DNA of 64,000 nt from Eledone cirrhosa (GCA_964016885.1 OZ024742.1:3224001-3288000); one strand, 5' to 3'. Positions 12,742 to 26,224 are shown, counted from the first letter of the stretch. The notes: generated from the letters alone by a model not told the origin. Numbers and translations: made by a program.

Positions 12742-14161
12742 TATTCAATTCTTTATCAATTTAGAATCTTTTCTCAAAGGCACATATACATACACCTCTT
12801 TAAAATATACCCATCTACCTTACTTTAAAGGGCATTATACACTCTATAGTACTCGTTTATTCATTTACCTCATCCTATCTTCTCGTAAAACAATAACATT
12901 TGTTTTTGACATTTTGAATATTCATCCGCAATCATTATTATTTTTTTTTTTTTTTCCCTCTATCATAAATCTTTTTAATCTCAATTTCATCCTTAATTTA
13001 TTATTATATATATTTTTTTTTAATATATACTCATATATTCTTTAAAATATACCCATCTACCTTACTTTAAAGGGCATTATACACTCTATAATACCCGTTT
13101 ACTCATCACCCTCATTATATCTCTTCGTAAAACAATAACATTTGTTTTTGACATTTTGAGTATTCATCCGCAATCATTATTATTTTTTCTCTCTATCATA
13201 AATCTTTTTAATCTCAATTTCATCCTTAATTTATTATTATTATTTTTTTCTCCCCATCAACGAACTCATTATTAATACATATGAATTCAATATAAATTTT
13301 TCTCAAATCCTATACATAAACTTTTTCTCTTTGCTAATTTTAAGATTCCTACATTTCTCCTTTTGAATATTCACCCACAATTATTATTTTTTTCTCTCTA
13401 TCTCCATACATAATCTCCCTTCGTTATTTTTTTCTCTCTATCTCCATACATAATTTCCCTTCGTTAATTTTCAAATTCCTTTAATTTATACATTATCTTC
13501 CAACGGTTCCCAACCTCTCTATATTAAAACATTATATCTTTTTCTCAGTTATAAAAACTATCTCTTTCTCTCTATCACCCATCTCTCCCTTTCCACCTTC
13601 ACTCTCATCTCCTCCCTTTTTTTCATCCTTTCCACCCCCACCCCTCCCTAAATATAATATATTTTTTCCTCGCACATATCCTCCCTTCGTTAATTTTCAA
13701 AATTTTTAATTTATACAGTATCTTCCAACGGTTTTCAACCCCTCTATATAAAATATATCTCCTCTCTGTTATAAAAACTATCTCTTTCTCTCTATCACCC
13801 ATCTCTCCCTCTCATCTCCTTCCCTTTTCATCCTTTTCTCTCCCCCCCTCTCTAAATAAAATATTTTTCCCAATATCACACATCAATCTAAAACCACTTT
13901 TCATATGTTGATTTAAAACTGCACTATCAACAAGTGTTTTTTTAGCCTTCATATCATGTTCTCCTGTTTTATCTGATGAAAACACAAATATTATTGTTTG
14001 ATGATGTTTGTTTTTGAAATGCGCATAATAAAATATATTGAACTCCTTTAACCATCTTTTGATCTTATATTATGCATACTCCAGTCCCACAAACTGTAGA
14101 GTGCTTCTTATCCGATATCTGCATTGCTTTATTGTACTACAATAAAACTCACCTCCTACAT
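12438..14161 (+). repeat. 3' pseudo-LTR with ~1.4-kb 3'UTR containing internal tandem duplications
   Basis: Direct repeat of 8527-10260; ~243-bp duplication (12797/13040), a second of ~230-240 bp (13456/13683), and 39-bp repeats. Confidence 0.93.
13966..14034 (+). ncRNA. Hammerhead ribozyme in 3' pLTR
   Basis: Identical to 10065-10133; predicted cut after 14027. Confidence 0.88.
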
Positions 14162-14634
14162 ATATATATATATATATATATATGACAGATAATATAGCGG
14201 AATAATGTAAATAGAACAGTCAATTTATAGAAGCAACACAAACAAACATAGAAATGAGAGAGATGTGTATCATAAAGAATATATAGCAGAATATTGTATC
14301 TGATTTAAGAATATTTTTCTGAAGGAAGACGGTATTCCATATTGGCAATGTTATAGAAAATTTTGATGAAACAAAATGGCTTCTAATTCTATTGGTGACA
14401 AAGAAATGTATTGGAGAAAACCAATAAAATGTCTGTTCACAAAGAGTTTCATTCAGTTTATATATTTACAACATCGAAGATATAATAATTTGAAGATAAT
14501 AATCAGAATTCTCATTCATATTTTCAGTCTAACCAGTGGTACATGCATAGAATATTATTAAAATTTAAAATAAAACATAGGTGTATATATATATATATAT
14601 ATATATACATACAAATAAGTGTGAGTATGTATAA

Positions 14635-14737
<103 letters not shown>

Positions 14738-14812
14738 GACAAAGTTGGAATTCCTCTTATTAATATAATACACAATCATACACACCCGTGTATATTTATC
14801 TATCTATATCTA

Positions 14813-14885
<73 letters not shown>

Positions 14886-15140
14886 CTATTGTGTATATGC
14901 CAACATGTCTGGAAAGCAACAAATGAAATCAACAGAATCAGAAAGAATTATAAAGGAGATATCATCGAAATTATCAACACTTATCACGATGATTGACGCA
15001 CTATTTTAAAGGAAATAGAAAAACAATCTACAGACGGAAAACTTTTAAGTGAACATATAAACTCTCAAATTAAGAATTTAGCTGAAATTATACCAACAAT
15101 TATCAAAGATACAAGAGAAAGCCTACCACAACCCCCTTGG

Positions 15141-16259
15141 ATGTCAGAACTAAACGAAAGAAATTTGGAAAACAAAACACATCGAATAAGAAAAGAAATG
15201 TGGAAGACAGGGAAACAATTTCTTAACATAAGAAAACAAAACTTCTGTAAAGCATACAAATGCGAAAAATATGTCGAAACACATTCGAAATGGCTCTCTC
15301 TAACGGCACCCATACTCCCTCGTAAATACCTAATTACAGAAATTGTAGGAGAACCAGAAGAAGAAACAAAACTCCGATGGGAACTTACATTGACAAAATT
15401 CAGGACCGACATCTCCATTTCTCCATGTAAACAATCCCGCTACAAAGCCAAATATGAAGCTATCGATGACCAAATTGAAGTTGAAATTTCAAAGCTAACG
15501 ACTGGTATTATAGCTGAAAAACTACGAGAACTATGGATCAGAGATATTTCAAAAGAAGAAAACAAATCAAGAAAGGTATGGCAGCAGAAACAATTATTTC
15601 TCGACGAATATGCTGCAAATTACGGTAAAGACTTTGGAACCCTGAGAAAAAGCATTAAAAGTGGACAATCTCACCAACACAACATACGCCAGAACACGTG
15701 CCAACACAAACACTCACCTTACCTTGAATCAAAGAAGAATTACGGTAATAACTCTTCGCTTTTTCTACAAAAACACCCTATCGCACACAACATGAACAAA
15801 AAGCACAAACACGATAGATATTCCTTTGACCAGACCATGAGAAGTAGTAAAACCAGGAGAACATTCTCAAGATCTCAACAGAGACTACCAACAAGGAATG
15901 TGGAAACAAAACGTAGAATAACCAGATCACTCTCAAGATCTCAACAGAGATTACCCACAAGAAACTGGGCGAAAAAACGATCTAAACCTGAAAGCAAACC
16001 TAGGACATTTCCCCAGATTGTTAAAAATAATGCTAACAAGAAATGGAAAAATAATATAAATAATATACATAATACCAAAAATAGGACAAAATGCATAACG
16101 AAACCAAATATAATATCACGACCAAAAGTTCATCAAGCGAACACCGACAGGAATATAAATCCTGAACAGAGAACAATCCATTTTTTAACGTCAGGACAAC
16201 AAAAACCGGAAAAAGAAAAACTCCAGGAGGAAACATATCCAAAACAACTGTACACGTAG
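15141..16259 (+). CDS. Upstream ORF1 / N-terminal region of Neptune-like PLE (charged helical half, basic low-complexity tail)
   Basis: 372-codon ORF inside the element overlapping the RT frame in -1; no catalytic motif recognised. Confidence 0.55.
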   Translation: MSELNERNLENKTHRIRKEMWKTGKQFLNIRKQNFCKAYKCEKYVETHSKWLSLTAPILPRKYLITEIVGEPEEETKLRWELTLTKFRTDISISPCKQSRYKAKYEAIDDQIEVEISKLTTGIIAEKLRELWIRDISKEENKSRKVWQQKQLFLDEYAANYGKDFGTLRKSIKSGQSHQHNIRQNTCQHKHSPYLESKKNYGNNSSLFLQKHPIAHNMNKKHKHDRYSFDQTMRSSKTRRTFSRSQQRLPTRNVETKRRITRSLSRSQQRLPTRNWAKKRSKPESKPRTFPQIVKNNANKKWKNNINNIHNTKNRTKCITKPNIISRPKVHQANTDRNINPEQRTIHFLTSGQQKPEKEKLQEETYPKQLYT

Positions 16260-18477
16260 ATCCTAAAATAATTAATTTATCAAAAAGAGATCTTGACAAT
16301 GATGAAATGCAAATTCTGTCAAAAGGACTGAAATTCACACCGACTCCAACAGTCAACCACCAAGAACTGAAGGAGGATACCCAAGAATTCTGTCGAAAAT
16401 TACGTCTTGTAGAATTCTTCGCTGATAAAAGTAATGAGAGTGATGAATCACTAGTAAAGAATAAATCAAATTTCACTCCGCCAAAAGGAAGAAATATCTA
16501 TCTCGACCAATACATTGACATCCTGTCTAAATTTCCTCTTAGACGTAATACTAATGTTAGGCCAAACATTAACAAATCAGAAATGTCTGCACTTAAACGT
16601 ATACAAAATGATAAAACAATAATAATTAAACAAGCAGATAAAGGGGGTGCAGTTGTTATAATGGATACTGAATACTACAAGGATTTGGTTGAGGAACAAC
16701 TGAAAGACACAACATTCTATCATGAAATACAGTCAAATATAGACCACAAAATCATGAAGAAGATCAACAACCTGGCTTTAAAATACCACAACTCACTTAC
16801 TGATAAGGAAAGAGACTATATCACCAATTTTGAGCCAAAATCCAGCAACCTGTATGGCCTACCGAAAGTTCATAAGTCAAAGGAAATACAACTGGCAGTA
16901 AGAGAACAAAACAGTGAGTACATTAAATTACTACACCCAAAAGACTTAAAACTTAGACTGGTCCAACATGTCCCACCCACCGTCTAAGCAATTTTGTTGA
17001 CATTATTTTGAAACCACTAAGTATTCACATACCCAGTTTCATCCGGGATGATATCGACTTCCTGTCCCATCTTCCCAAAACCACAGAAACGAATTCACTT
17101 CTACTTAGTTTTGATGTGGTAAGCCTTTACACCAACATTACACATGATTTAGGAATAAAGGCGGTTAAATACTGGGTGTAAAAACATAGAGAAGTGATTC
17201 CCATCACAGCGCCATTTATATTCGACGCAGTTAAACTTGTTCTGGAAAACAACACTTTCTTCTTCAATGGAAAGAATTACATCCAAATTAGAGGCACAGT
17301 GATGGGAACGAAGTTTGCTCCCGTTTACGCGAACTCTGTAATGGGATACTTAGAACAACAACTCTACCAAGAAATAGAGGAAAAATATAGTACTGACTTT
17401 AGAAAGTACATTGAAAAATCTTGGAAGAGATACCTTGAGGACTGTTTCATCATCTGGACAGAATCTCTAGATACTCTGGATGAGTTCAATATCCTCCTGA
17501 ATAACCTACACCCATCTCTCCAATTCACAAAAGAGATGAGTAGGACCAAATTACCATTCCTAGATATAATGATAATCAAAAACGACACCACCATTATCAC
17601 GGATATATATTATAAACACACAGACACCCATCAATATCTGAATTTTAAGTCGTGCCATCCACCTCATACAAAACGCAACATCCCATACTGCCTAGCCAGA
17701 AGAATTTGTACCATTGTAGAAGATACGAATACCAGGTATAAACGCCTAACAGAACTAAGAGAATGTTTGCTCAAACAAAAATACCCATCTCTACTTATAG
17801 AAAATGGCATACAGCGGGCTATAAAAATACCTATACAACAACTTAGGACAACCCAAGGAAGAAGAAACCAAGAACTGGTCATATCATTTATAATGACACA
17901 CAACCCATGTCACCAGAATATCTTCAACACTGCCAAAGCAAACCTACCGATCATTGCTCAAAGTAATGAATTAAAAGGCTTAATCACAGTTCGGTCTTTG
18001 ACTCTTAGTAAAAGACAGCCAAAAAATTTGAAGCAATTACTAACAAAAGCAAATTTTGACCTTAACAACAAAGACCAATCATTCACTGTATCTAAATGCA
18101 ATGATAGTCGATGCGGCACATGTCAATCCGTACACACCGGTCAATATATGAAAACAAAATCTGGAAAAATATTCCCAAATGCAAATATGAACTGCAAAAG
18201 CAGAAATCTAATTTACTGCATTAAATGCCCGAATTGTGAAGAACTATATGTCGGTAAAACTGGAAATGCACTATCGGAACGTGCACGGGTACACCGTCAG
18301 CAAATCAGAGACCCAAATGTCCGTCAGATACCCCTAAGTAACCATCTAGCAACATGTGGCCAGGAAATATTTATAATATTCCCATTCTACAAATTACACA
18401 GCCCAAGTGAAATCAAGAGAAAAATCAAAGAAAAGAATGTTATTGATAAATTCAAACCCAAGCTAAATGAACAATAA
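16187..18477 (+). pseudogene. PLE RT + GIY-YIG pseudogene
   Basis: IINLS..LSKGLKFTPTP, ADKGGAVVIM, YGLPKVHK, MGTKFAP, KRYLED (YxDD mutated), PFLD, SCHP, RCGTC, NLIYCIKC..CE..YVGKT; deletion/frameshift near 16960 and in-frame stop near 17180. Confidence 0.9.
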
Positions 18478-18862
18478 TAACTTCTACTATGACTATGACT
18501 ACGACCATGTCGACTACGACCACTAACAACAACAACAACCACAACAACAATAATAATAATAATAATAATAAAAGTGATGTTGATGGTGATGATTACTAGA
18601 AAATGCTATTTTCATCATTTCTAAAAATAGCAAAACAATTGATGCTTTGGATAGGATCAATTATTGGTCGTTATACATGCTCAACCAACCGTGACGCTTA
18701 AACCAATCAGCTTTAGTAATTCAGTGAAACTACACACCGATTAGTCGAAATACAGTTTGCAAGATTTAGCATTCTGGAACCACTTTTCACTGTATATAAG
18801 GTACACAATTTACCCATCTCATTACAGTTGAAAATTGCAAACTTGACTGTCACCACACATTA

Positions 18863-18901
18863 TGAACCTGAAGATTGCGAAAGCATGAAAGTACTTGTTC
18901 A
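18863..18901 (+). ncRNA. Minimal hammerhead ribozyme of Neptune-like PLE
   Basis: Stem I TGAAC/GTTCA; CTGAAGA 18868-74; stem II TGC-GAAA-GCA; GAAA 18887-90; palindrome AGTACT; cut after CUU at 18896. Confidence 0.85.
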
Positions 18902-19056
18902 ATTAACACTTAACATTTAATATTCTATCATACTATTTCATTTTAATACCATTATAAATTTTAAAGGATTGTAAATAAAACGAGTAAATCAGACAAAGTT
19001 GGAATTCCTCTTATTAATATAATCTTCTATACACAATCATACATACCCGTGTATAT

Positions 19057-19119
<63 letters not shown>

Positions 19120-19134
19120 TGTGTGTATGTATAA

Positions 19135-19207
<73 letters not shown>

Positions 19208-19434
19208 GGTAGGTATTGGTATTGGTGCTCTAAAATAGCGATGTATACATGAATGCATGAATAGTATATTTAGCAATATACTGTATGTTACCAGCTCCTG
19301 ATTATTACTGGAACTAGCAGAAAAAACGCCCTCGGGCGGTTTTCTACTAGCATGTGTAGAGTGCATATTGTTATTATACGCAAATATATACGCATCTAGA
19401 TATATGTAAATTGAAAAGTAAATTGACAATATCT

Positions 19435-20095
19435 TCTTCACCCACTTATTTCTTAGAGGGTCGTGGCGGCAGATTCCTACTCAAACACTCCTTTCAAATG
19501 AGTCTGTCAGTAACAAACATCTTTAACTGATCGAGCTGGATCCCAAAGCGTGACCAGCCAAGCTCATGGATGTTATCCAACCATCTTGCTCAGGGTCTGC
19601 CTCTGGGTCTCTAGTCGATTGGTTTTGCCTGTACAATGTGTCTAGCGATTCTTTACTGAGACATTCTAGCCACATGCTCATAATATCGGAGTTGTGATCT
19701 CTCAATACGGAGAAGTAGCAGCTCTACCAGGAGTCTTTGGTCTCTGAGCTATTCACTTTATCGAGTAACGTTACTCCAAAGACCCTTCGGAGGAATCCCA
19801 TTTTTGCCACTTTTATTTGCAATTGTATTCTTTTGGTCATTACTCAAGATTCATGATCCTCGGTAAGAGTTGGCAGGAATACCAGGAAGACAGCGAGTTT
19901 GGCTTTTACACCTACCCCCCTTCATCTGATTGCTGAATGCTGAGGCTGGCGCATTACTGCATCAGCTTTTGCAATTCTTGCACTTAATTCAGCTTCCTGC
20001 ATTCCATCACTCATGAGTACGGCTCCAAGATACTTGAACTTCTATAACTGCTTCAGTAGAACTCCATTCACATGTATATACATTTGAGGGACTTC
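19435..20095 (-). mobile_element. RTE-clade LINE 3' fragment
   Basis: Decayed translation FKYLG..ARIAKA..GFLRRVFGVTLLD..SQLRYYEHVARM..RPRGRP..RWLDNI; gaagaag-type tail. Confidence 0.75.
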
Positions 20096-20299
20096 TGTCC
20101 ACCCGTCCATCACGCAATGTGTATGTGTGTTTGTGTGAATGTATGTGTGTGTGTAAAAGGAAGGAAAGGGATACACACATATATATGTCTAACTTAAAAT
20201 CCGTGACACACTTACGTGTCTCTAATTTAAGAACGCCGACAAACTCTCGCACGTGCACATACACACACTGTCCTATTACCACTTAAGAGCTTTGGCCCA

Positions 20300-20710
20300 G
20301 GCAAACATCTGCTCAATTTTGGAACCATCTGGGTTGTCCTGAATTAATGGGAAAAGAATTGGCGTTCTTACTTTGTGTTCCTGGTCAAGAGGCAGGTGCC
20401 TTACCTGGGAAGTCACACTTAGTGACTCTTTTGCTTCTTCACACATTCTGGATACAGAGGTGAGGTCGAGAGCTACAGCATCCGCAGATGACCGGAACAA
20501 AATCCTAAAATACCGTATTCTGTCAGTTAACTACATTATCCAGCCTATGGCATTCGAAAGTTTGAGGGAGTCGGGCTACTGACAGTGAGATTCTTATCTT
20601 CACTGGCGGCTCGCTAAACAGAGGTAACTTGTGAGGGCACTTGGTTGTTCCAGCACCTCAGCGTCGCCAGCACCCCAGGTAACGTTGCGAGCGTGCTGGC
20701 CTGCCTCAAA
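20300..20710 (+). mobile_element. CRE-like non-LTR fragment (restriction-like endonuclease C-terminus)
   Basis: WSRGRCLTWEVTLSDSFASSH..KILKYRIL..Y..QPMAFESL resembles the CRE-type PW..G..L.WD.T..D..K..KY..F.P.A.E pattern. Confidence 0.6.
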
Positions 20711-20884
20711 AATTATTAGAGAGGTTTCCCAGTGCCCTTCGCTATATTGCTATCTTTTCATCTGATAGCGCCTCGTTTTTACCAATCTTTCGCCTGCATT
20801 TTGTTCTATGTGGTCTAAGATGTGTGTATTACGTGCTTGTGTATTTTTTCTTTTTCTTTTTTTCCTTTCCTTTATATATATTAT

Positions 20885-21228
20885 AATGAATTGGCAGTAT
20901 CGGTAGAGGGTCGGACACCATGCTTTCCAGCATAGTTACGTCCCTTTACGTTCTGAGTTCAAATCCCGTCGAGGTTAACTTTGCCTTTCATCCTTACGGG
21001 GTCGTTAAAATAAAGCACCAGTAATGCACTGGGGTAGATTTAATCGACTTTCCCCTCCCCCAAAATTGCTGGCCGTGTGCCTATACTAGAAACTATTATT
21101 ATAATTATTATTATCCCGCCGAGGTTAACTTTGCCTTTCATCCTTACGGGGTCGATAAAATAAAGTACCAGTAATGTACTGGGTAATTGCTGGCCTTGTG
21201 CCAAATGTAGAAACAATTATTATTATTA
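20885..21228 (+). mobile_element. tRNA-derived SINE plus tandem partial second copy
   Basis: A box TGGCAGTATCGG, B box GAGTTCAAATCCC, core ttgcctttcatccttacggggtcg..aaaataaag.accag, (TTA)n tail. Confidence 0.85.
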
Positions 21229-21233
21229 TTATT

Positions 21234-22732
21234 GGCTGTCAGACAGTTTAGACGTCTTTTTGGAGCTCCGTAAAAGTGATAAATTTTCAGTTTATTTTTA
21301 TTTGTAAAAAGTGTTGAATTTTATGAAAAGGGTCGTAAATCTTCCGTCTTTGCCCTGTTGAGGAGAGACGCTATAATAGTTGGGCCTTTTGGCCCAAATA
21401 TATGAATTTTGAGCCACGCCTCCCAAGGGTAAGTCTGCTGTCGTGTGACACCGTCTTAAGCGTTGAGAGGAGAGATACGGCGAACATAAACATTTATACC
21501 ACAAACACCTACACAAACAACCTGAACAACAACAGCAACAGTGAGAACACTAACTTTTAATAAATGACAACACCAACCACAGCAGTAACAGCGAAAACCG
21601 AAAGACAGACAACATAAACAAAAACAGCGGCACGAAATATACAACAAACTGCAACAACAACAACACAGACAAGAGCAACGACAACAACAACAAAAACTAC
21701 AACACCAACAAGGCCACCAACAACCACAAGAACATTACCAACAACAACAACACTTTCGCTGCAGTAACAGCCAAAAAGAGACCATGCTCCAACATGGACC
21801 TCCCGAATAAAGATGAAAAGTTGGCCTAGGCTTGGGAACTCATCAGATAAGCGCAACCTGGGCCAACTTAACAGAAGCCATTGAAGCATTGGAGCGTCGA
21901 ACGGTGCATTTCAGATGCACCTCAACAGAAACAAAGAGGCTTTAATTTCCCAGGCAGATATCGAAGTCGAACTAGCCAGTCTGTTCCGGAGGACTTTCGA
22001 GCCGGAGACGATGAATGACTTCCAGAAATCCCTCGCTTGGCCGTGCTACCGGGGGACACTGCCGGTTCAAGATAAACTCTACAGGCACGGAAGTGCTGTC
22101 AGACGGACCTGCCCAAGATGTGCGCAGAGCGACGAAACCGTTCTGCACACACTCGTCCAGTGTCCGTGCATTACTGACTTGTGGAGTTATGTCGAACAGC
22201 TGTTGTCACGTGTAGAACGGATCCGGCTATCGGCCGAGTGAAGATCGACCCGCCGCCTTCATTTGGCCAGGAAGGGCAGGCAATTTTCCTCTGTCTGGTG
22301 GCAGTAGCGAAAGAGGTTTTATGGTGGACCAGGTTGAAAGGACCTCATCAACATTTTTAAGTTTTACTTGGATAGGAAGGTGAAGGTGGAGAGAGAAGTG
22401 CTTCCCCCCCCCCCCAGTAAATTTGCTGAAAGGTGGGTGAATGTGGCGACAATGTCCGTGTGAGTGGGCATACTCTGATCATACACCTGTAGGTGGGTGC
22501 CCTTCCCGGGTGCTCTCGAAGCGTCGGCTGGTTCAGGATTGGTGGGGTACCTGAGTAAACCATGGGTGGTTATCCCCACTATTGGGGAAATTTTCATTGT
22601 TGTATTTTTGTTTTTATTTTGTTATTGTTATTTATATTTTTACACGTTATATATGTAAACCCCCACTGTGTCCGTCTATTGTATTGTCCCCTATATGTCG
22701 GCCCTTGTGGCCAATAAATGAACCTATTATTT
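21234..22732 (+). mobile_element. Internally deleted Tx1/L1 element (5' end/ORF1 start joined to ORF2 3' end)
   Basis: 21960-22490 is homologous to 35290-35860 (FQKSLAWPCYRGTLPVQDKL..CPRC..ETVLHTLVQCP); AATAAA at ~22713; follows the SINE's (TTA)n tail. Confidence 0.75.
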
Positions 22733-22740
22733 AAAATTAA

Positions 22741-22756
22741 TAGTAGTAGTAGTAGT

Positions 22757-22833
<77 letters not shown>

Positions 22834-22849
22834 GAGCAGCATCAGCATC

Positions 22850-22882
<33 letters not shown>
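22741..22882. repeat. (TAG/CAG)n microsatellite
   Basis: Direct reading. Confidence 0.9.
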
Positions 22883-23111
22883 TATGTCACTATCTGAATC
22901 AATAAGAAGTTAGTAAAATATATCTTGTACTACGTGCAGTGTACGCCAAAATACTAACGAGTTCAACTTTCATATTCATTCCTCGTGGGTCGAGATTGAT
23001 GAAATAAATAGCAGTCAATTACATGAATCACTATAATAGATTAGATAATTCCATTTCTTCAGCTTTATAGATGTGTGTCTTTGTTAAAAATGTATTCCTT
23101 TCTAAGTTCAA

Positions 23112-23218
23112 TAATTGTTTCTACTTTAGGCACAAGGCCAGCAATTACCCAGTGCATTACTGGTACTTTATTTTATCGATCCCGTAAGGATGAAAGGCAA
23201 AGTCAACCTCGGCGGGAT
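23112..23218 (-). mobile_element. SINE 3' half
   Basis: Reverse complement of SINE core and tail. Confidence 0.8.
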
Positions 23219-26100
23219 CAATAATATAGTTTGATTAATGTTATTACAAACCAAGAAAATTACCTTCTAAATATTTATATAATTTCTTCCTTTCTTTTTT
23301 CCCCTATATCTCCTGAAAGAGTGGAAGGGGGCCGAGTTGATATATGTTATTTCTAGGGCATCTTTAGACTCTACAAAGCCAATCTTCTCTCGAGGTGTGA
23401 ATCTAGCAGATTTCTTCCAGAGAACGAGAGTGAATGAGAGAATGGAAGTGAAAAAGAGAGATTTTTGGTACTTTTTGATTGACCGTGAATGAACGAAGTT
23501 GACCTCGGTGGGATTTGAACTGAGAGGAATGAGAGGGCCGAAACCAATACCACAAATCCTTCTCTCCGACCTCCTAATGACTATCAATTCACCGCTGCGA
23601 TATAGCCTAATATAATTTGTAAATAATATATTTCTAAATTCTGTGATTTTCTCATATAGAAATGATTTAGATTAGACTTTTAAGGAAAATGTCTGATTCA
23701 TATTATGATATTTTAGCGTAGTAATATGGTTATATTTACTAACGTTCTACACATCGTCTTCACCCTTTTTCTTTTCTTATCTTACAAGTTGACTATAAAC
23801 TCTCCAACAAACATGAGGATAGTCAGCATTTGTTTAAATTATTTATTCATATATTGGATGATACATCAAACATAAACCTGACTTTCATTTGGAAGAACAA
23901 CTTGTCAAAAACTTTTCTCCTTTTTCCAATCTTTCCAGTATTCTTTCTGACAACAAAGTGTGTTTTTCTAGGAAGACGTAAAGGACATCGTCATTAATTC
24001 AAAGATCCTTTCAACAAATACGTTTTCTTATCGGTATCCCAATTTAATTTATTGTGTAGCAGATGTGGATTTCAAAGCGATTCATACGGCGGAGATAGTT
24101 CCTTCTTTCAGCCATGTAATTTTAAATAGTGTAATAATCAGCCTTAGGATGTTAATTTACGAATACTCCCTCTAGAGAATAAACACTCTATAATAGATCT
24201 CTCCTTCAAGAATTCTGCTACAGTTCAACAGAGCAGTTTAGCATTCCCATTGAAAATGACAATCCACAAAGATATCAGAAATTGTATGTACGAACGCAAA
24301 TCGATTCATAGAAGAAAATTAATCTCTCTATGGAAGCATAAAACAAGCTTAAAATATACAAAGTACAGCCTGCTAATAATTAAGTTATTTGTCACATATT
24401 CTAAAAAGGGTTCTCTCAGTTTCTGAAGTATAATTCAAATTTGTGAAGTCTAAAGTGCCATGAAATATATAAGAATAGAAACATTGAACAAAGGAAGGAA
24501 GTGATGAAAGAATCTGGGATTTTATAAGATGAAAGTTCTCTGACAGTTATCCAGAAAGAGTTAATAATAACAAAAGATTACGAGACATTTAATAACAATG
24601 TTAGATACGAAGGAAAGAGAATGGCAGCAAACTTCTCAATTCTTATTTATGTAATGCTATAAACCATAAGCTTTATAATTTTAACTTTACCGAGTTATGG
24701 GTTTAAAGATACCGTAACTGCATAAAATCTTTCATGGCAGACATCCAAGAAGGCTTGAAAAGGAATGAAACTTTACAGCTAAACCTCTAAATTATACAGT
24801 TTATTGGCCTCAACTTTATAGATATTGTATTCTTTGTATTTTGAATGCAAAATATACTCCATTGTTATATATCAAAACTAAAAACATCTGTAGGTTCGAA
24901 GACAAGTGATGACAGAAAGTATATATTTCACCACATTAGATGTACGTAAACCTCCATACATATAATGGCGGCGGTGACACTATTAACGGCTCACCACTGC
25001 CATGACTAACAACGTTATTTTTCTAAACTCAAGAGAGCATTTAAATATAATTTTGAAAATAAGGCAACAGAGAGGAGTTCCAGCTAGATCTTGTCAACAA
25101 AATTTCCATACGGTTTAAATATACAGCAAGTCTCTGATATCTGAATGGCTAAATGTCAGTAGAAGCCACCTAGTCGTCATGCATGACCTAGATGCTCCCC
25201 CCCCCTAGAGTGTAAGAAGTTAAGGGGCGAAACACTTGCTTGAAAGGTGTGAGGTGACATCGCTGAAGACATGCTGCTGTCAAGCCCTACTGAAAGTTTC
25301 CCACCTCTCGCTTGTATTTTTTATATTTTAATTCATAGGAAAATGAGAAAACCCATCGCCAAAACAGCCGTAAAAACAGCGCAACGCTGTCAATGACAGA
25401 GGAGATAGAGAGAGAGAGAGGGAGAGAGAGAAAGAGAGAGGGGGGGGGATAGTGAGAGAGCTAGAGAGAATCCTTCAGTCAATGACAGAGGAGATGGGGA
25501 GAGAGAGAGTGAGAGAGAGAGAGCGAGAGAGAGAGAGAGAGAGAGAGCAAGAGAGAATCCTTGAGCTTGGTGACAGGGAGATGAAATAAAGAAAGGTTAG
25601 AAAGAGGAGAAGGGCATTTACCTTTATAATTTGTCTGCACAATAAACCCTATTATTCGATATCAAACTAAAATAATCTATAAACTTGATTACAAAAAATG
25701 ACAGAACAACACATTACTCAACATTAGAGGTACTGAAACATCCGTTAAATCTCGATGAACATTTAGTTGTTCTACCACTGAATTACTACAATTAAGGTGA
25801 AGGTTACTGGGAATTTCAAGGGCATTTTATTACACTTGGAATACTTTGTAAGTATATCCAAATAAATAAAATCTCTCACTTACTCGCATACATTTATACT
25901 AACATGCACCTCCCCCCCCCCCCCACACACACACATATATATGTATATATAAATATGGAAAAGAATGACTTCACTTGTAGTGTTAAAAAATGTTATGATT
26001 TAATGTTATAATATAATATTATACACATTTTCCAATATATATATATATATGTATAGTGACGAAACATAAGTCAATTGCATGAACTCATAATTCTTTATTT

Positions 26101-26160
26101 ACTGCTATATATATATATTTCGATGATAGCCATTGAATGGCTATAACCTCATCAGGTAGT
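26101..26160 (-). ncRNA. Orphan hammerhead motif with (TA)n stem III
   Basis: Minus strand: ACTAC-CTGATGA-GGTTATAGCCAT-TCA-ATGGCTATCATC-GAAA-TATATATATA-TA-GCAGT, then AATAAA. Confidence 0.75.
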
Positions 26161-26224
26161 TAGTCAGGTGAGTTCTTCGATATGCCAGCTCTGTGTTTAT
26201 AGTGTTGATGGTATCAGAGCCTTG

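Larger units (their letters stand above)
6053..14161 (+). mobile_element. Young Penelope-like retroelement (probably Naiad-type): inverted 3' arm + 5' pLTR + ORF + 3' pLTR, inserted in (TA)n
   Basis: Intact RT-GIY-YIG ORF; near-identical direct repeats 8527-10260 and 12438-14161; 6053-8531 is an inverted copy of ~11592-14073; (TA)n on both sides. Confidence 0.95.

Noticed and set aside
20890-20970. tRNA genes at the A/B-box sequences
   Set aside because: No cloverleaf, and they are always attached to the SINE core and tail
23640-25400. Possible old DNA-transposon coding remnant or missing receptor exon
   Set aside because: No diagnostic motif or open frame could be recognised by eye
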